64,000 nucleotides of DNA. Source: a virus (Duplodnaviria > Caudoviricetes). A model generated the notes under the pieces. That model did no database searches. It was not told where the DNA came from and was given only the letters and a program-made list of their open reading frames with translations. The translations under genes and the position numbers were made by a program. Shown piece by piece: positions 17,901 through 31,100 of this stretch (its first letter is position 1; every line of letters begins with the position of its first letter). The stretch is from IMG/VR virus record IMGVR_UViG_3300005662_000030, positions 1 to 64,000 of that record; one strand, given 5' to 3'.

Positions 17901-20900
17901 TACACCATTCACGATTGGCGGAGTTGGTAAATCTAGAAAATTAGTTCTCAGACAGGATGCTAAAACAGAAGCATTTAGTTTATTTGATCACGAAACAGAT
18001 AAACTAGTAGCAAATCATAGTCAATTAATGGAATCATTTACTAGATTTGCTAACACCACAACAAACTTTGGAACAAGTAGAAAAGTTGCACAACACTTAT
18101 TAGATAACAGCGTATTGGGACAAGCCACTTCTTTAAATAGTGCAAATCTAAATAGTGCAATTATGGGTGTTAGTGACGTAGTTGGTGTACGCAATGTTAA
18201 TAAGATCTTAGAAAAAGATCTAGAAAATCTATTTAAAGCCGCTGGACACGACAAGCAAGCACAAGAAGCATATAAGAGCACTAGAAAAGCATTTAGTAGA
18301 TTAAGAAAATTTGAAGGAATAAATGACCTCTCTGCTCAATCTCAAATGTACGAACATTCATCAAGTATTGTTTCTAGAGCTGATGAATATAGATCTGAAG
18401 TTATAAGATATCTTACACAAAGACACGGTCTCAACGCGCCAGACAGTGCGGCAACGATACAAGAGGTAATTGGTGCAATTGATGATTTAGTTTCTAAAGG
18501 AGTAATATCAAGCTCAGAAAGAGCAGAAGCACAAGCTGCAGTTGCTGGAAATATATTTAACTTAGGAGCTTTTGAAACTTACCAATTTGGAAGAGGAGTT
18601 AAGAACGGAGTAATAGGAAATCCGTTAGAGAGATTTTTAAGATCTAGAGAAATATTAAATCATGGAACAGTTTCATCTTCATTAGATCCATTTACTTCTG
18701 GAACTTCAGTAAGTGCTTCCACAAGTTCTTTAAACCCATTAAGTAAAATTCATCCTTATTTTAAGAAAAACTTTGGAATGGGCAAGTACGTTCCAGAGGC
18801 AAAAGTATCTGCATTTTCTGGTCAAAAAGATGCAGGCTTTAGTTATATACCAACTTTCTCAACCGCAGCAGAAAGAGAAGGTGGAAGAAAAGCGGCATTC
18901 TTAAGTGCATCTGGTATACACACTTATGGAAATGAAAAAGGTTTTTCTTTAGCTTCAGTTCCAGTTTCGCATGGTTTTAATAGATTAAATAAATTCTTTG
19001 GTTCAGTTGGCGCAAAATTAGACGCAGATCATTTTTATGGACCATTAGATCTATACATGAGAGGAATGAACGCTGAAAGAATTCTTCCAGCGGTAGCAAT
19101 TGGAGCCACAGCTTTAGCTGTAGATAGAACAGCTGGCGGTTACGTTAACAAAAAAGACGACAGAGGTGAAAGAGTATATTCGCCAATGTTGCTTGGAGGC
19201 GTTGCTAGAGCTGGAGTAGAAGCTCAATCTGTATTATCTGGTTTAATTCCAGGTGGAATGACATATCGTCAAAAGAAAGAACAGATGCTTCGTGGAGAAG
19301 TAGCTATAAGAAAAGGTAGATTCTGGTCTTTAGGTACAACAAAATTTGAGGGTGGAAAAATAGAATACTTCAGACCTTCTTGGTATAGAAGATTCCAAGC
19401 TGGAGCAATGTTTACTTCCGATACTTACGGAAGTCCAATGGAAAAGTTGATGTTCTATAATGACTTTTCTCCCTTAAGACCATTTGATCCATATAGATTT
19501 GAAAGAAAGCATTATGAAGATAGACCATATCCAATAACTGGAGAATATTTCTCTGGTCCATTTGGTATGGCGGTACCAATACTTAACGCTACTGTGGGTA
19601 AAATACTTAAACCACAAAAGAGAATGCATGAACAGGAAGTTCTTGCTGGACTAGCTTCTTATGCACCTGTTGGCGCTGGTGGAGCTTACATGCCGCAAGA
19701 GCCAAGAGGTTATACTGGCGTTGTTGAAAATCAAGATCCAAATGTAAGTTACGCAGCAGTTCAACCAAGTAAGTTTGGTGGAAAACCATTAAAGTTTATT
19801 TCCCCAGTCAACGCAATGCCAGGACCAATACCATCTAATATAGCAAGTGTTAGTGGTGGAAATGGTTTAATAGCTAATTCAAATCGTAATCTTTCTCAAC
19901 AATCTGGTTCAACCAATACAGCAGCGGGCATGGTAAGAGCTGCTGCTAGCAACATGAACCAATCAGCAATCAACGGCCAGGGTATGGTGTATGGTCCTCC
20001 AACTGGACCTGGAATAATGCCAGCAAAGATTGTCAATGCTGGGTTACCAATTAGAACTACTAGTGGAAAATATTTAGGCGGTGAAGCTGGATATAGACTT
20101 CAAGAAACTCTTGGTATCTACGGTTTTGCAGCTGGTAATATCAGAAAGGGTTTAGGTCTTGGAGAGTATGACTTTGAACCAAATAAATCAGTGCTTCAAT
20201 CAGCCTCCAAAGCTTATGGTTCAACTAGAGCTTTTTGGGATCTTAACCTTGGAGGTTTAGGTGACCTACCTCTTCAGTCTGATGGCGCGTTAGGTAATAT
20301 AGAAATATCTGAAGTTATAAGAAGATTTGTTCCAAAAGAAAGAACAAATGTTAACTTTATTAATCCTATTAAAAATAGGATGGGAAGAGAAAATACATTC
20401 CTTCCAGGAAATGATAACTTTATAGACTTTACTACAGGTGACCCTTTTACAAAAGTAAAAGAAGGTGAACTAAGGTTACCTGGTGTTGGCTATGAAAGAT
20501 TTAATAAATTATATTCTGATAAAAATGGAAGATATGGTGCAGTTAATCAATTAGATATATTGGCTGATGTCGCGCCATATTCAAAAGAGTTTAGAGCCCT
20601 TAATAGAAGTATAGATAAAATGGGTCTCTCGGAACAAGAGATAGCTAAAGTCGGTAAGATTAGAGCGCAGTTAAATGCAATAGAAGATAGCAAAATTGGT
20701 TTTAGTCCCTATGACAATTCCTCCACTGCTAAAAAAGTTTTAAATCCTTTTTCAACTATAACCAATAAACTTAGACACACTGACAACTTTATTAATAATA
20801 AATTCTTTGGAGAAAGAACTGCCACCGAAGATTGGGAAAGAAGAAACGTTTATGGTTCCACATTCCCAGAATGGCAAAGACCAGTTGAAAGCTTTATTAA

Positions 20901-21774
20901 ACCAATCTACGCAAAAGGTACACAAAGAAATCCTCTTATAGCTGCTGGTGTTGGAGCTATAGCTTTCGGAGCCTTTGGTGCATCTAGAAGAATGAGAATA
21001 GGTTTAGCTGCATTCGGTGCAGCTACAGTAGGTGGTTATTCTGCTTTTGAAAAAGCCAAACAAGAAACCAGACCAATAGGTCCTAGTGGTCAAAGAGAAA
21101 GATTTATACCTTTACAAAGAAAGAAAGAATTAGCGCTCGAAGAATATACAGATATTTTAACTTATGTTAAAAACAGAACAGCCGCATCAAGAGCTGAAAA
21201 AATTGGCGACATAGAATCTGCTAAGCAGTTTATGGCTGCAAGTAAAAGAACAATGTATGGAGCAGATTTAGACAGTAAATCAATTAGCCAGTTAGCAGCA
21301 TCAATTCCTAAAAGGAAAAGAGATCACTTTAAAGCAATGATCGAAGCTCCAGAAGAAGAAAGGGGAAGAATACTTTCTACCGCTGGAAGATTAGAAAGAA
21401 GAATTTATGAAGCAGCTTGGGGGATGCCAGTAGAAAGAAAGCCAGATTTGGTTGATTACTTTACAAGACATGAACTACCAGGCGCTAACTGGGAAGGTTG
21501 GCATCCAAATACAAATATGGATCATGTTAAAATAAAAATGGGTCAGTCCATGGGTCTTGAAATGTCGCAAATGGGTTACTATCCACAGCAAGTAAAAGAA
21601 GCTAATTTGGTTAATCCAAGCTATCCTACTTTTGATAATCCAAATGGATCACCAGAGCATGTTAGAAGAAATCTTCAAAGGTTAATGTTTGATATGGGAA
21701 TAAACGGAAATGTTACTCCAACTATGAATAACACCAATCCTGGTTCTGTAAATATTATGGCTGGAGTTAGATAA
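14990..21774 (+). CDS. Tape-measure-like protein, ~2,260 aa; needs two +1 shifts (15053, 15210)
   Basis: Strong AAGGGGGTG RBS before ATG 14990. The three frames join at the two CGGA sites with no intervening stops into ORF 15298-21774. Directly follows the chaperone genes. Ala/Gly-rich, with hydrophobic GAIAFGAFG segments. Confidence 0.7.
15053..15056 (+). other. CGGA +1 recoding site 3 (codon 22)
   Basis: GGT|CGGA|CAA; in frame with ATG 14990. Confidence 0.75.
15210..15213 (+). other. CGGA +1 recoding site 4 (codon 74)
   Basis: CTT|CGGA|TAT; in frame after site 3, and its +1 frame is that of ORF 15298. Confidence 0.75.
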
Positions 21775-24700
21775 TGGCTAGGGTTTCAGACTATCAAAGA
21801 ATTAGAGATTTAGCTTATGGTCCTTATAGAGCAAATCCAATGTCATTTGTTGGAAAAGAGAGTAGACATTTATCGCGAGCAATATTAGAAAGCTCAGATG
21901 TAGTACAAAAAGGTCTTGCTAGATTAGGTCCAGGCAATGAGTTAATTTCTAGCATTACTGGAGAAGTTGCTGGATCTACAGTAAGAGAAGCGCTATCTAA
22001 TATAAGAGCTACGCGAGCAGAAGAAATGGCAGTATTTACTGGTATTCCAGGAATAGATTTTCCAGCTGTAGAAGAAAATAAAGTTCTTAGTGAAATGATT
22101 TCTAATATTAACTTTGGGCTATCGGGAACTAGAAGTAGTGATCTTGATTTTATACCAGCTGGTAAACAATTGGAAATGGTTAAATTTAATTTTTCTGGAG
22201 TAGACGAAAGTACTCGTGGAGCGTTTGATAATATTGCTGCACTAATGGGGCACAAAGTAGGGGAAAACGATTTAGCACCAGGGTTAGTTTCAGTAAGAGA
22301 CGGAAGCGCAACAATGCTCAGCTTTAGGTATGAGACTGAACCTGGCAAGTATGCATATCTAACTGGCGAAGAGGCTATATCTTTAACCAATAGATATAAA
22401 GCTGGATTCTTTAATCCATCAGCAATAGTAAAAGCCTTTGATCCAGATCTTGATACTCCAGCAGAATTTAAGGTTGGATCGTTTTTTCAAAAATCAGATA
22501 AAAGAATAACAGCATCTACTAGTGGTAGAAACTTTGTAGTTGGTCAAGATGATGTTGATACAATTTTAAATAGAATAGGTACAGAGATGACAGAGGAGTT
22601 TGCTGGAGCTTCTCCAATGACATTGAGTCAAAGTTGGTTAACCTATGATGGTAGACTAGAAACAGTCCTAAAAGGATTTGGTTTAGAATCGGAATACACG
22701 GATAGTTTATTAAAATCAATAAGTGATCCAGTTGAACGATTAGCAATCCAAAGACAGCGCCAAGGCACTAGTATAATAATGAGTTCATTATCCCAAGATT
22801 ATCTATCTGGAACATTGAAAGCCTACATGGGTGGTGAGGAAAATTATGAGAAGTTTGGTCAATTAGTTAGACAATCATTTGAAAAGTCTAGAACAGAAGG
22901 AAATCCATTTAGGCTTAAAGACTTAACTAGTTTAATTTCAGAAAAAGCTAAAGACACTACACTGTCAGATGCAGATAGAGCTGTGTATCGAAGAATGGCA
23001 GCTTCATTTGATGAAATGAAAAGAATAACAGACGCTTCGTCAGTAATGGGTATTGAGTTCTTCAGACACCACGCAGAAGAATTAACAGCAAAAATAGATA
23101 ACGCTCAAGCGCAGCTGCTGCCAGAAAGAATGTCTAGCCTTGATCCAGCATCTGCGCAAAAATTAAAAGCTAGCGTTACAGAATGGAAAAAACAACTATC
23201 TCAATTTGTTGATCCATCTGGAAAAATAAAATCTTTAGATGATCAAACTTTGAGAGTGCTAATGGAAGGAGATATAGGTCAAGTAAAAGCAGTGGCGGAT
23301 ATAATGGACACAGACGTAACTAGAGCTTTAGCTAAACTTGGGTATATTGGAGCTGGCTCAAATGAGCTTTTAAAAGGTGAAGTAACACTTGGTAGAGTAG
23401 CGGCAGAGGGATTAAGTCCTGGCGCTGGACAAGCCGTAACAATGTCTATGTTTTCTGGTCACCCTAATGAAGCAGTCGTTGCCGACTTACAAGGTTTAAT
23501 ATTTCATCGTGAAGTTTATGGATCTCAATTGGCAAAAGAAGTAAGAAAAACTAGACAATTCCTTGAATCTGATTTAGAACAATTTAAAACTAGTGGGACT
23601 ATAACATCTAGAGTTAAAAGAAGTATAGACAGAGCGGCATCTATAAATGTTGATGATTGGGAAAACCTTCACTTTAAATCATATTCTAATGCAGCAAGAT
23701 ATAGAGACAACGCACTGCAATTGCAGTCCAGATTACTAAGTGGAGAAAATCCAAGAAACATTCCTGAATTAGCAAACCAAATAGTAGACATATCAGCCAG
23801 GGAACATTACAGAGGCGTTGCTAAACAGTATCGCACAATAGGTGCTAATGGCAGAGAAGTTACGGAAACTTTATCATTACCAAATTTACCATTTAGCAAC
23901 AGAAGCGCAATTGATACAGAATTTAGATATGGAACAGCTGGTCAATCTCCAGTAATAGGTGAAGCTGGGGCTGAGTTTTCTACAAAAGCAAATATATCTT
24001 TAAAGGGTGGGCAAGAGTTAGATATGTTTAGATATAGATTTGCTGGTGAAGGCGGACATAAAATGATAGTTGGAGATAGAGCTTCTGCCGCTGGATTGGG
24101 TATATATGAATCGGCTGGTGGTTTTGACTTGGACGACAAATTTATAACAAATTTACATTATGTAACAGATAGTGAAAACAATAGAAGGTTAGTTTCATTT
24201 GCATGGCGTCAACCAACTGGACCTCAAGAATTTGCACTTATGGCACCAGTTTTAGATGACGCTACAATAAGAAGAACTTTTGGCTCAGACAACTTAATGG
24301 GTGACAGATTTAGAAGACTAACCGATGCAGTATCCGAAGAAATATCAATGGATAAGTTTGGCAGAATCTCAACTGTTGCAAATCCAGCCAGCGCTGAGGA
24401 AATAGCAAATTTAAGTAACGAAGAAAAAATAATTAAATATATTAATTCTTTAGTTAATGGAAATACAAAAGCAGCAAATATGTATAAGCCAGTTGGTATG
24501 CAGCAAGAAGAGGTTGAAAAAGCAATAGTTAGTTTACTTAGAGTCGGAGAAGGTGGGAAGGAACGGATTTAATTATGGCAGAAGAAGTATTTCTTTAGCT
24601 AAGTTAAATGGTCGTTACGGTTTGGCTGATAAAGATTTCTTAAATATAACAGAATTAGATCAAGGTCTAGTTTCTAGACTTAAGCCAGGGCAAGGTGGTT

Positions 24701-27700
24701 CACTACTAACTATGACTGAAGAAGAAATAGCTGAACAATTAAGTAAGGGTACTGCTATCGGATCTCAATATCGTCAAAGTCAATTTGTAAAGTTGTTTGA
24801 CGCAAACGTAGCAATCGCTGAAGACGCTAAGTTTAATTCTGAAATATTTGGGATATACGAAAAAAGATTTGGAGCTGGAACATACGAGGCCGCAGCAGCA
24901 AAATTAAGAACCGCAAGTGGAAGAGCTATGTCTGATTCAGAAATAGCATATAGAGCATCAGCAAAACTCCTAGGAGACGCAGGAACTCTTGGATCTGAAT
25001 CATACAATGCAACTTATGATGCGATAGCAAAGCTACATCAAAGAACAGCTCTTGGTGGACTTGGTGCGGAAAATGGACTTGGTTCTTATGTAAACACTCT
25101 TGGTTGGTCAGCCTCAACAGAAAGGCAAAGATTAGATGTTCTAGCTAAGCTAGAAGCTGAAGGGTACACTGATATCGCAAATGGAATGAGGTCAAGATTA
25201 ATTCCAATATTTAATCCAGAAGCTGCAATTGACCCGTCTATTGGTGGCAGTAGTGCTTTAAGTTTTGGTGGATCATTAGAAGACATGTATGAATCAGTAA
25301 GGATTTTCCACGCTCAAGCTGGAGGAGTACTCAGTGAAGCAGAAGTTAGAAATGCGGTCAACAGATCTGTATATAGTTTATTGGGCGGCACTGCGGAAAA
25401 TAGAACTGCCTTTTCTGCCCTATATGCTGAGTTCGATAATTCTCAAGACGCAGCACAATGGGCTGAAACTTTTGCCAGTTCTAGAAAAGCACATTTTGCA
25501 GCTTTTGAAAGATTAGCAGCGGATAAAAGTTACACTGGAAGATTAACTGGATTAATAGACGTTGCTACTCAAAACGTTGCAGAAAATATGATTATGCAAA
25601 CAGCGGCAATGACAGGAGAATTAAGAGCAACTCAAATTTTGTTAGGTCAAACAGGAGATCAATTGGCAGGATTTGATAGATTAGTTTCAGATACAAAATT
25701 AAGTTCTCACATAGAAACAATAGATAAAACTATACAGAGCGCTTTATTTGGTTACAGAAATGCACTACGAGATATTGGCGACAGCGCAAGTCCAGAAGCG
25801 GTAAAAACAGTACAAGATACCATAGCTAGATTAGAGGGTATTCTTTCAGCAACAGACATTAGTGGAAAGAAAATTAGTGGAGTTCGAAAAAAAGCAATGC
25901 TACTTAACGAGATGCAGCTAACGGGAGAAGCAGCAGAAACCTATGGAATAGCATCTTTGCCAGACGAAGCAAAACTAATGCAAAGACTTACATTTAAATA
26001 TAGAGATGCGTTTAATCAAGGAACGCGCAGTGCTATAAGCGAAGGTATGTTAACGAGCACTGTAGATTCAATGAAAAATGAAATACTTTCTAATTTAAGT
26101 AGAGATATTGGATTACCTAATCCCGCTAAGGTTATCAGTGATAATGAATTTTTATTAGGAAAATTAGATAAAGTGGATACTCTTAGAACTAATGATGAGC
26201 TATATCATGCTCTCGTGAAGGCAAAAATTTTAGACGAAGGAAGATTTAGTGTAAATCCTGAAGCATCAATTGCTGCAGCACTTGATGAATTAAGAATGGC
26301 CAAACAGCAATCAATAGACAGTATTGCGGCAACGATCAATACCTCATTTCAATCTCAAGCCAATGGAGATATTAGGTTAACAGAGTTAATGAGAGCGTTA
26401 GATACAAGAATTGAAAATTTGTCAGCGTCAGATGACGCAGACCAACTAGTACTTGCTAGATATATGAGAGAAGCCTTAGAAACAGAAAATGCAGCACTCA
26501 TGATATCCATAGATGCAGCAGACGGTGAAGCAAGACAAGTAAGTTTAAATAGATTATATAGTTATTCAAGAAATGAAAATATTATCGCAAGAACCTCAGT
26601 AAACAATGCTAAATCTGAAACTGAAAATGTTGTTAATATATTAAGAGAACTTGCTGGAATTGAAGATGTCAAAACTATTAGAGATGGCGAAGATGTTTTG
26701 TCAAGAGAGTTTTTTGAGCAAATAGGAGCATTTGATTACGCATCAGAAACATCAGAAGAATCAGGAAGACTTCTTACAACTCCTAGTATACTTAGAGGAG
26801 AGGGCCAAGAAAGTGTTGAGCAAGTCATAGAAAGAATGAGGGTAGCTGGAAGGCTTACAGGCGGCGGACAAGCAGATTTGGATCAAGCTTTTATAGAAGA
26901 TCTTTTAGCCCTATCTGTGACAGATGGCGATACTCAAGAGCAATCAAGAAGGTTAATAGTTGGAAGATTTAAAGATATCGAAGAGGGCGAAAAGTATGTT
27001 AAAAGATTGGAACGCATTCAAGCAAGGTATAGGGCGTTAAAATTTGCTGGCACAGAAGAAATGCAAAACATTGCAGAGGTTGCAGCAGAAGGTGCTGATG
27101 TAGATTTTCCAAGGATTAGATCACTCGAAGAAAGAACCCGCGAAGTTTTAGAAGGGCAAAGAAAAGCTGAAAGAATAGCTGCTGGAGGAGAAGATTTAAT
27201 TGATGATGTTACTCGTTCGTTTACTGAAACAACAGAATCAGTAGCAGGGGCTAAGTATACAAGAATTGGCGACATGCTAAAAGATCTTTTTACATCTGGA
27301 AAACCACTTGGAGAAAGAGGGGCGCTGGGCCCAGCAGCTGAAGCGGCATTTAGGAACAAGGGTAAGATCGCAGGTGTGGCAGCGTTGGCTACTGGTTTAG
27401 CTATATATGGTCACGTAAAAAGTAAAGATCACAATGAGCAATCTATATCAGGTCCACCTTTGCTCCCAGGTGGGAACCCTTATGAAAATATGCCAACTAA
27501 TCAAATGCAAATACCAGAAGCTCCAATTTCTTCTGGAGGCCAAGGAACATCTTATAATATATCGGTTGACGGAGATGAAGAAAAAATGCAAGAGTTTATG
27601 AGTAGAGCTCGGATTAGTAACAAATGGCCAAGTAACAGGTACTATGCATAATAGACTCCCCTCCTTAGGACGTAATCCCTACAATGATATAGCGGGTTTT

Positions 27701-27706
27701 TTTTAG
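21774..27706 (+). CDS. Giant virion/tape-measure-region protein, ~1,976 aa; needs two +1 shifts (24564, 27610)
   Basis: TAATG coupling to the previous gene. ORFs 21774-24572 and 24553-27651 join at CGGA 24564. A second CGGA at 27610 extends the protein to TAG 27704-27706, just before the next ATG at 27715. Confidence 0.65.
24564..24567 (+). other. CGGA +1 recoding site 5 (codon 931)
   Basis: GAA|CGGA|TTT; in frame with 21774, and its +1 frame is that of ORF 24553. Confidence 0.75.
27610..27613 (+). other. CGGA +1 recoding site 6 (near the C-terminus)
   Basis: GCT|CGGA|TTA. The +1 frame gives GLVTNGQVTGTMHNRLPSLGRNPYNDIAGFF*, resembling the C-terminus of the preceding giant protein (GINGNVTPTMNN). 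Confidence 0.65.
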
Positions 27707-27714
27707 GATGAAAT

Positions 27715-28176
27715 ATGAACTTGGTTTCTAGTGATCAAAACGCTAAATTAAAAAACGCTGGGTCACAACGCGTAGACACGTCCCCTAGGGTGGGAAAAGC
27801 AGTAAACCTTTCCGCTCAGGTGGTGAGCCCTAAAATGCCATCTAGTAATGTTATAGCAGCAGATAAAAAAGCCATAGTCACACCAGAACCAAAACCAAAA
27901 ATGACTTCAGATCAGATGAAGGGTTCCTATGAAGGCTACATGCATTCTGCACCAGCATACGTTCAACCAAACAACGCAGGCTATGACAATCCAGCTAATC
28001 AGCAAGCAAGATATTCTAATAAAAAAATGATGTTATCAAACAACACATCATCGTTAAAACCTATTTTAAATAATATGAATAAGTCTGCTATAATAGATAA
28101 CTATTCAAGTTCTTTAAAGAAAAACTCTTCTGGAGATAGATTAAAAAAAATGAACCATATCGAAAGAATGTTTTAG
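27715..28176 (+). CDS. Hypothetical protein (low complexity, probably disordered)
   Basis: 153-aa N/S/K-rich ORF with an AGGA RBS, sitting within the operon. Confidence 0.55.
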   Translation: MNLVSSDQNAKLKNAGSQRVDTSPRVGKAVNLSAQVVSPKMPSSNVIAADKKAIVTPEPKPKMTSDQMKGSYEGYMHSAPAYVQPNNAGYDNPANQQARYSNKKMMLSNNTSSLKPILNNMNKSAIIDNYSSSLKKNSSGDRLKKMNHIERMF

Positions 28177-28185
28177 GTAAAACGC

Positions 28186-31100
28186 ATGGCTATAAATCAA
28201 GAATCATTTGATTATATTAAATCAAAGTTTTTAACCAAAAAACATATTGATGACTACATCAATGAGATGAGACAATTAATAGAAGCTGCTTCTGGGCCTA
28301 ATCGGAACAGGCGCTTTTAGAACATTACTTCTTCCAGCCTTAGTCGAAGAAAACTCAACTCGTGGTTCAATTCCAGGAAGTGTTTGGGATGATGAATACC
28401 TTCCTTTAGCTAGAAACATTCTTAAACCAGATTCGCTAGATTCTACTTGGAACTCATTTAAGATATCTGGAGTAACAGATGCTATAAAGCATTTTGATCC
28501 AACTATCTCAGAAGTAACAAATTCATTAATATTAGAATTCTTAAAAGAATTTGATAAAAAAATACCAAGCAATGTTCCATTAAGTGATCCATCTTTAGAT
28601 AAAGCGTGGGAAAATTGGTTTAAGGGTGATGATTATGGAATGGGCGTTAAAGATGTAAGAGTGTGTTTTGGTAATACAAAATCTGCAATTAAATACGCAT
28701 CAGTAGTTTTAGACATAAGATTAAAAAATTATAATCTTTCCGCAACGCAACCAGAAAAAGGTCAAACTGAAACTGTTAATCCGACAGAACCACCAGCTGT
28801 AGATGAGCAGCTTGAGAATTTATTCTCTGAAAGACTTCAATCACTTGAAGAGTTCTTATACGCATCGGGAGTAGGATCAAGCATTGGGACAAATGCTGCT
28901 AGATTTTTACTTGATATAACTACAAGAAATGGTTATGATTATTCTTTAGAGCAAACTACTGAAAGATTTAGATCTTACACACAGATTATTGCTCCAATAG
29001 CAGAAATTGGTAATTTAGATGAGAGCTATCAAAAGAGTTTATTTGAAAAGATAGAAGCTTCTGGGTTGTATGATTTGGTAGCGCACATAGATGCGATAAG
29101 AGCTTTTGGTAGAGAGAGATTGCAAACTTTAGATAGAGTTAAAGGCAGCGCAGCGGCAGCGGGAGTTCTGGATGGAGTGAGAGATACCGCTTGGTTACAA
29201 CAGTTGGTCGTTGTACTACAAAGACTCTCTAGAGATCCTGTAACTTTAGCTACAATTTATAGATACTTTCCAGAGTTGGTTAATTTCTTCTTCACCGCAT
29301 TAGCTGTTAGCTCAGATTACTCTGGTGATGGAACTGGTGGCGGAAAAGAAGATCCCTTAAATGATCCACAGGCAATACTAAATGATTTAATGGCCTCACT
29401 TGGTCAAATAAATGGAGAAAGTATTTTTACTGGAGCATGGGAATTAATTAATACTGGTCAGAGAATAGAAAAGGCATTGGGTGAATTTCCATTTAGGCAA
29501 AACATTCCTCCAGCTTCTCCAGATATTTTTCATTTAAGATTGGGAGCCGCAAACTTCTATATTCCACCAATTAGTATTGATGTCCAAACGCAATTTAAAA
29601 CTAGCAGCTTAGGTGAAGGCGCATTAAGACAAAAAAACAGTCCTAAGTTTAACTCTGGCTACAAACACACAACAATAGGAATGCAACTGTTTTTTCCTAA
29701 CTACGAAGAGATATGGGGCATCTCAATTGAAGACGCTTCAAAAATTAGCCTTAAAGACAACTTTACAATAGACTTTAGTGGCAATGGAGATAACGATGAA
29801 AAGATAGATAAGTTTCTTTCATCGTTAAGAGGACTTGTTGCTGCGTTTAAGTATGCTCCGTTTCTTCCTATTAGAAATCATTACTTAAATTCTGTATATG
29901 GAATTACTGGTGTAGCTCTTCATAGCATGTCAATATCAACAGTTCCAAATTATCCATTTACATTAGTTGTTACTTTGCAGTTATACAATTTTAATCACAA
30001 GCCATTCCTTCCTATGATTAACGACTTTAACCAGGCAATACATTGGGGTAAGTTTAGACAGTACATGGGCAAGGCGGCTGGAGCTCTTCATAATTATATA
30101 AATGAAGAATTCTTAATGTTTGGCAAAGAAGACGGCAATACAGAAGACATTGCTAAAGCAATGCTTGACACTGATAGAGATGGAGACGTCACTCAAGATG
30201 ACTTAAGGGGTATGCAAGCTGCTTCGGACAGGTTGTCTGCTCAAGCTGGTATAGCACCCTCTAAGATTGTTAACGACGCATTGCTTGGATATAAAAATGA
30301 AGTGTTTACAACCAATGTAGTTAGAGAATGGGTTAACGGTAGTAATTTAACATTCTACATGCCAGCCGAAACTCAAACTAAAATATTTACTCCAGATATA
30401 TCTGGATTTAGATCTGATGAAGAAAAAGGTTTGACGGATCAGGGTAGAGGATTCTGGAACCAAATGTTAGCTAACTTTGGTATAGACATAAATGAATCAG
30501 CTGGTTACCACAGAACTTTAGACTCGGTCATAACAACTTCTACGGGTAATATAGTTGAGTTTACAGTAAGTCAAAAGATACTGCAAAGCATTGATATATT
30601 AACTGCAGGTAGAAATAGCACCGATTTCCAAAAGAAAGCTTACGAGTTTATTGTAAAGAGCTTTATTTATCAAAACCCACAGTTAGATTCGGGAAGAAAA
30701 GAATATCTTAGAGATTTTAATAGAACTGAAAACGCGTATGAAGATATAAGTAGATATGTTTTTGGATCAATAGTTTTTCAAAATGAAACATTGTCACAGA
30801 TTAAATCTGTTCTTAAGGGAAAATCTGCAAACACAACAGCGTATTTAGATTCTATGGTTGACGACTACTTGGAAAAGAGAGCGATCAACGGAGGCAAAAC
30901 AGGCGATACAGCTTGGAAAGAAGAAGAAAGAGCAAGAATAAAAGATCAATTTGCAGCTGGTTATAGCTCAATGGTTTATGAAAGATTCTTTAAAGCTGGT
31001 CCGATTAGAGATCTAATGGAAGCTGCAAGAGAAAGAAATGGGAATTTCCGCATTAGAGAGTGGGAAGTTCCAATGGTTAGAGTCGACATAGATCCAGCTA

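Noticed and set aside
28276-28572. Minus-strand 98-aa ORF in the apparent gap before the giant gene
   Set aside because: It is the antisense shadow of the + strand N-terminal extension recovered by the 28303 shift.
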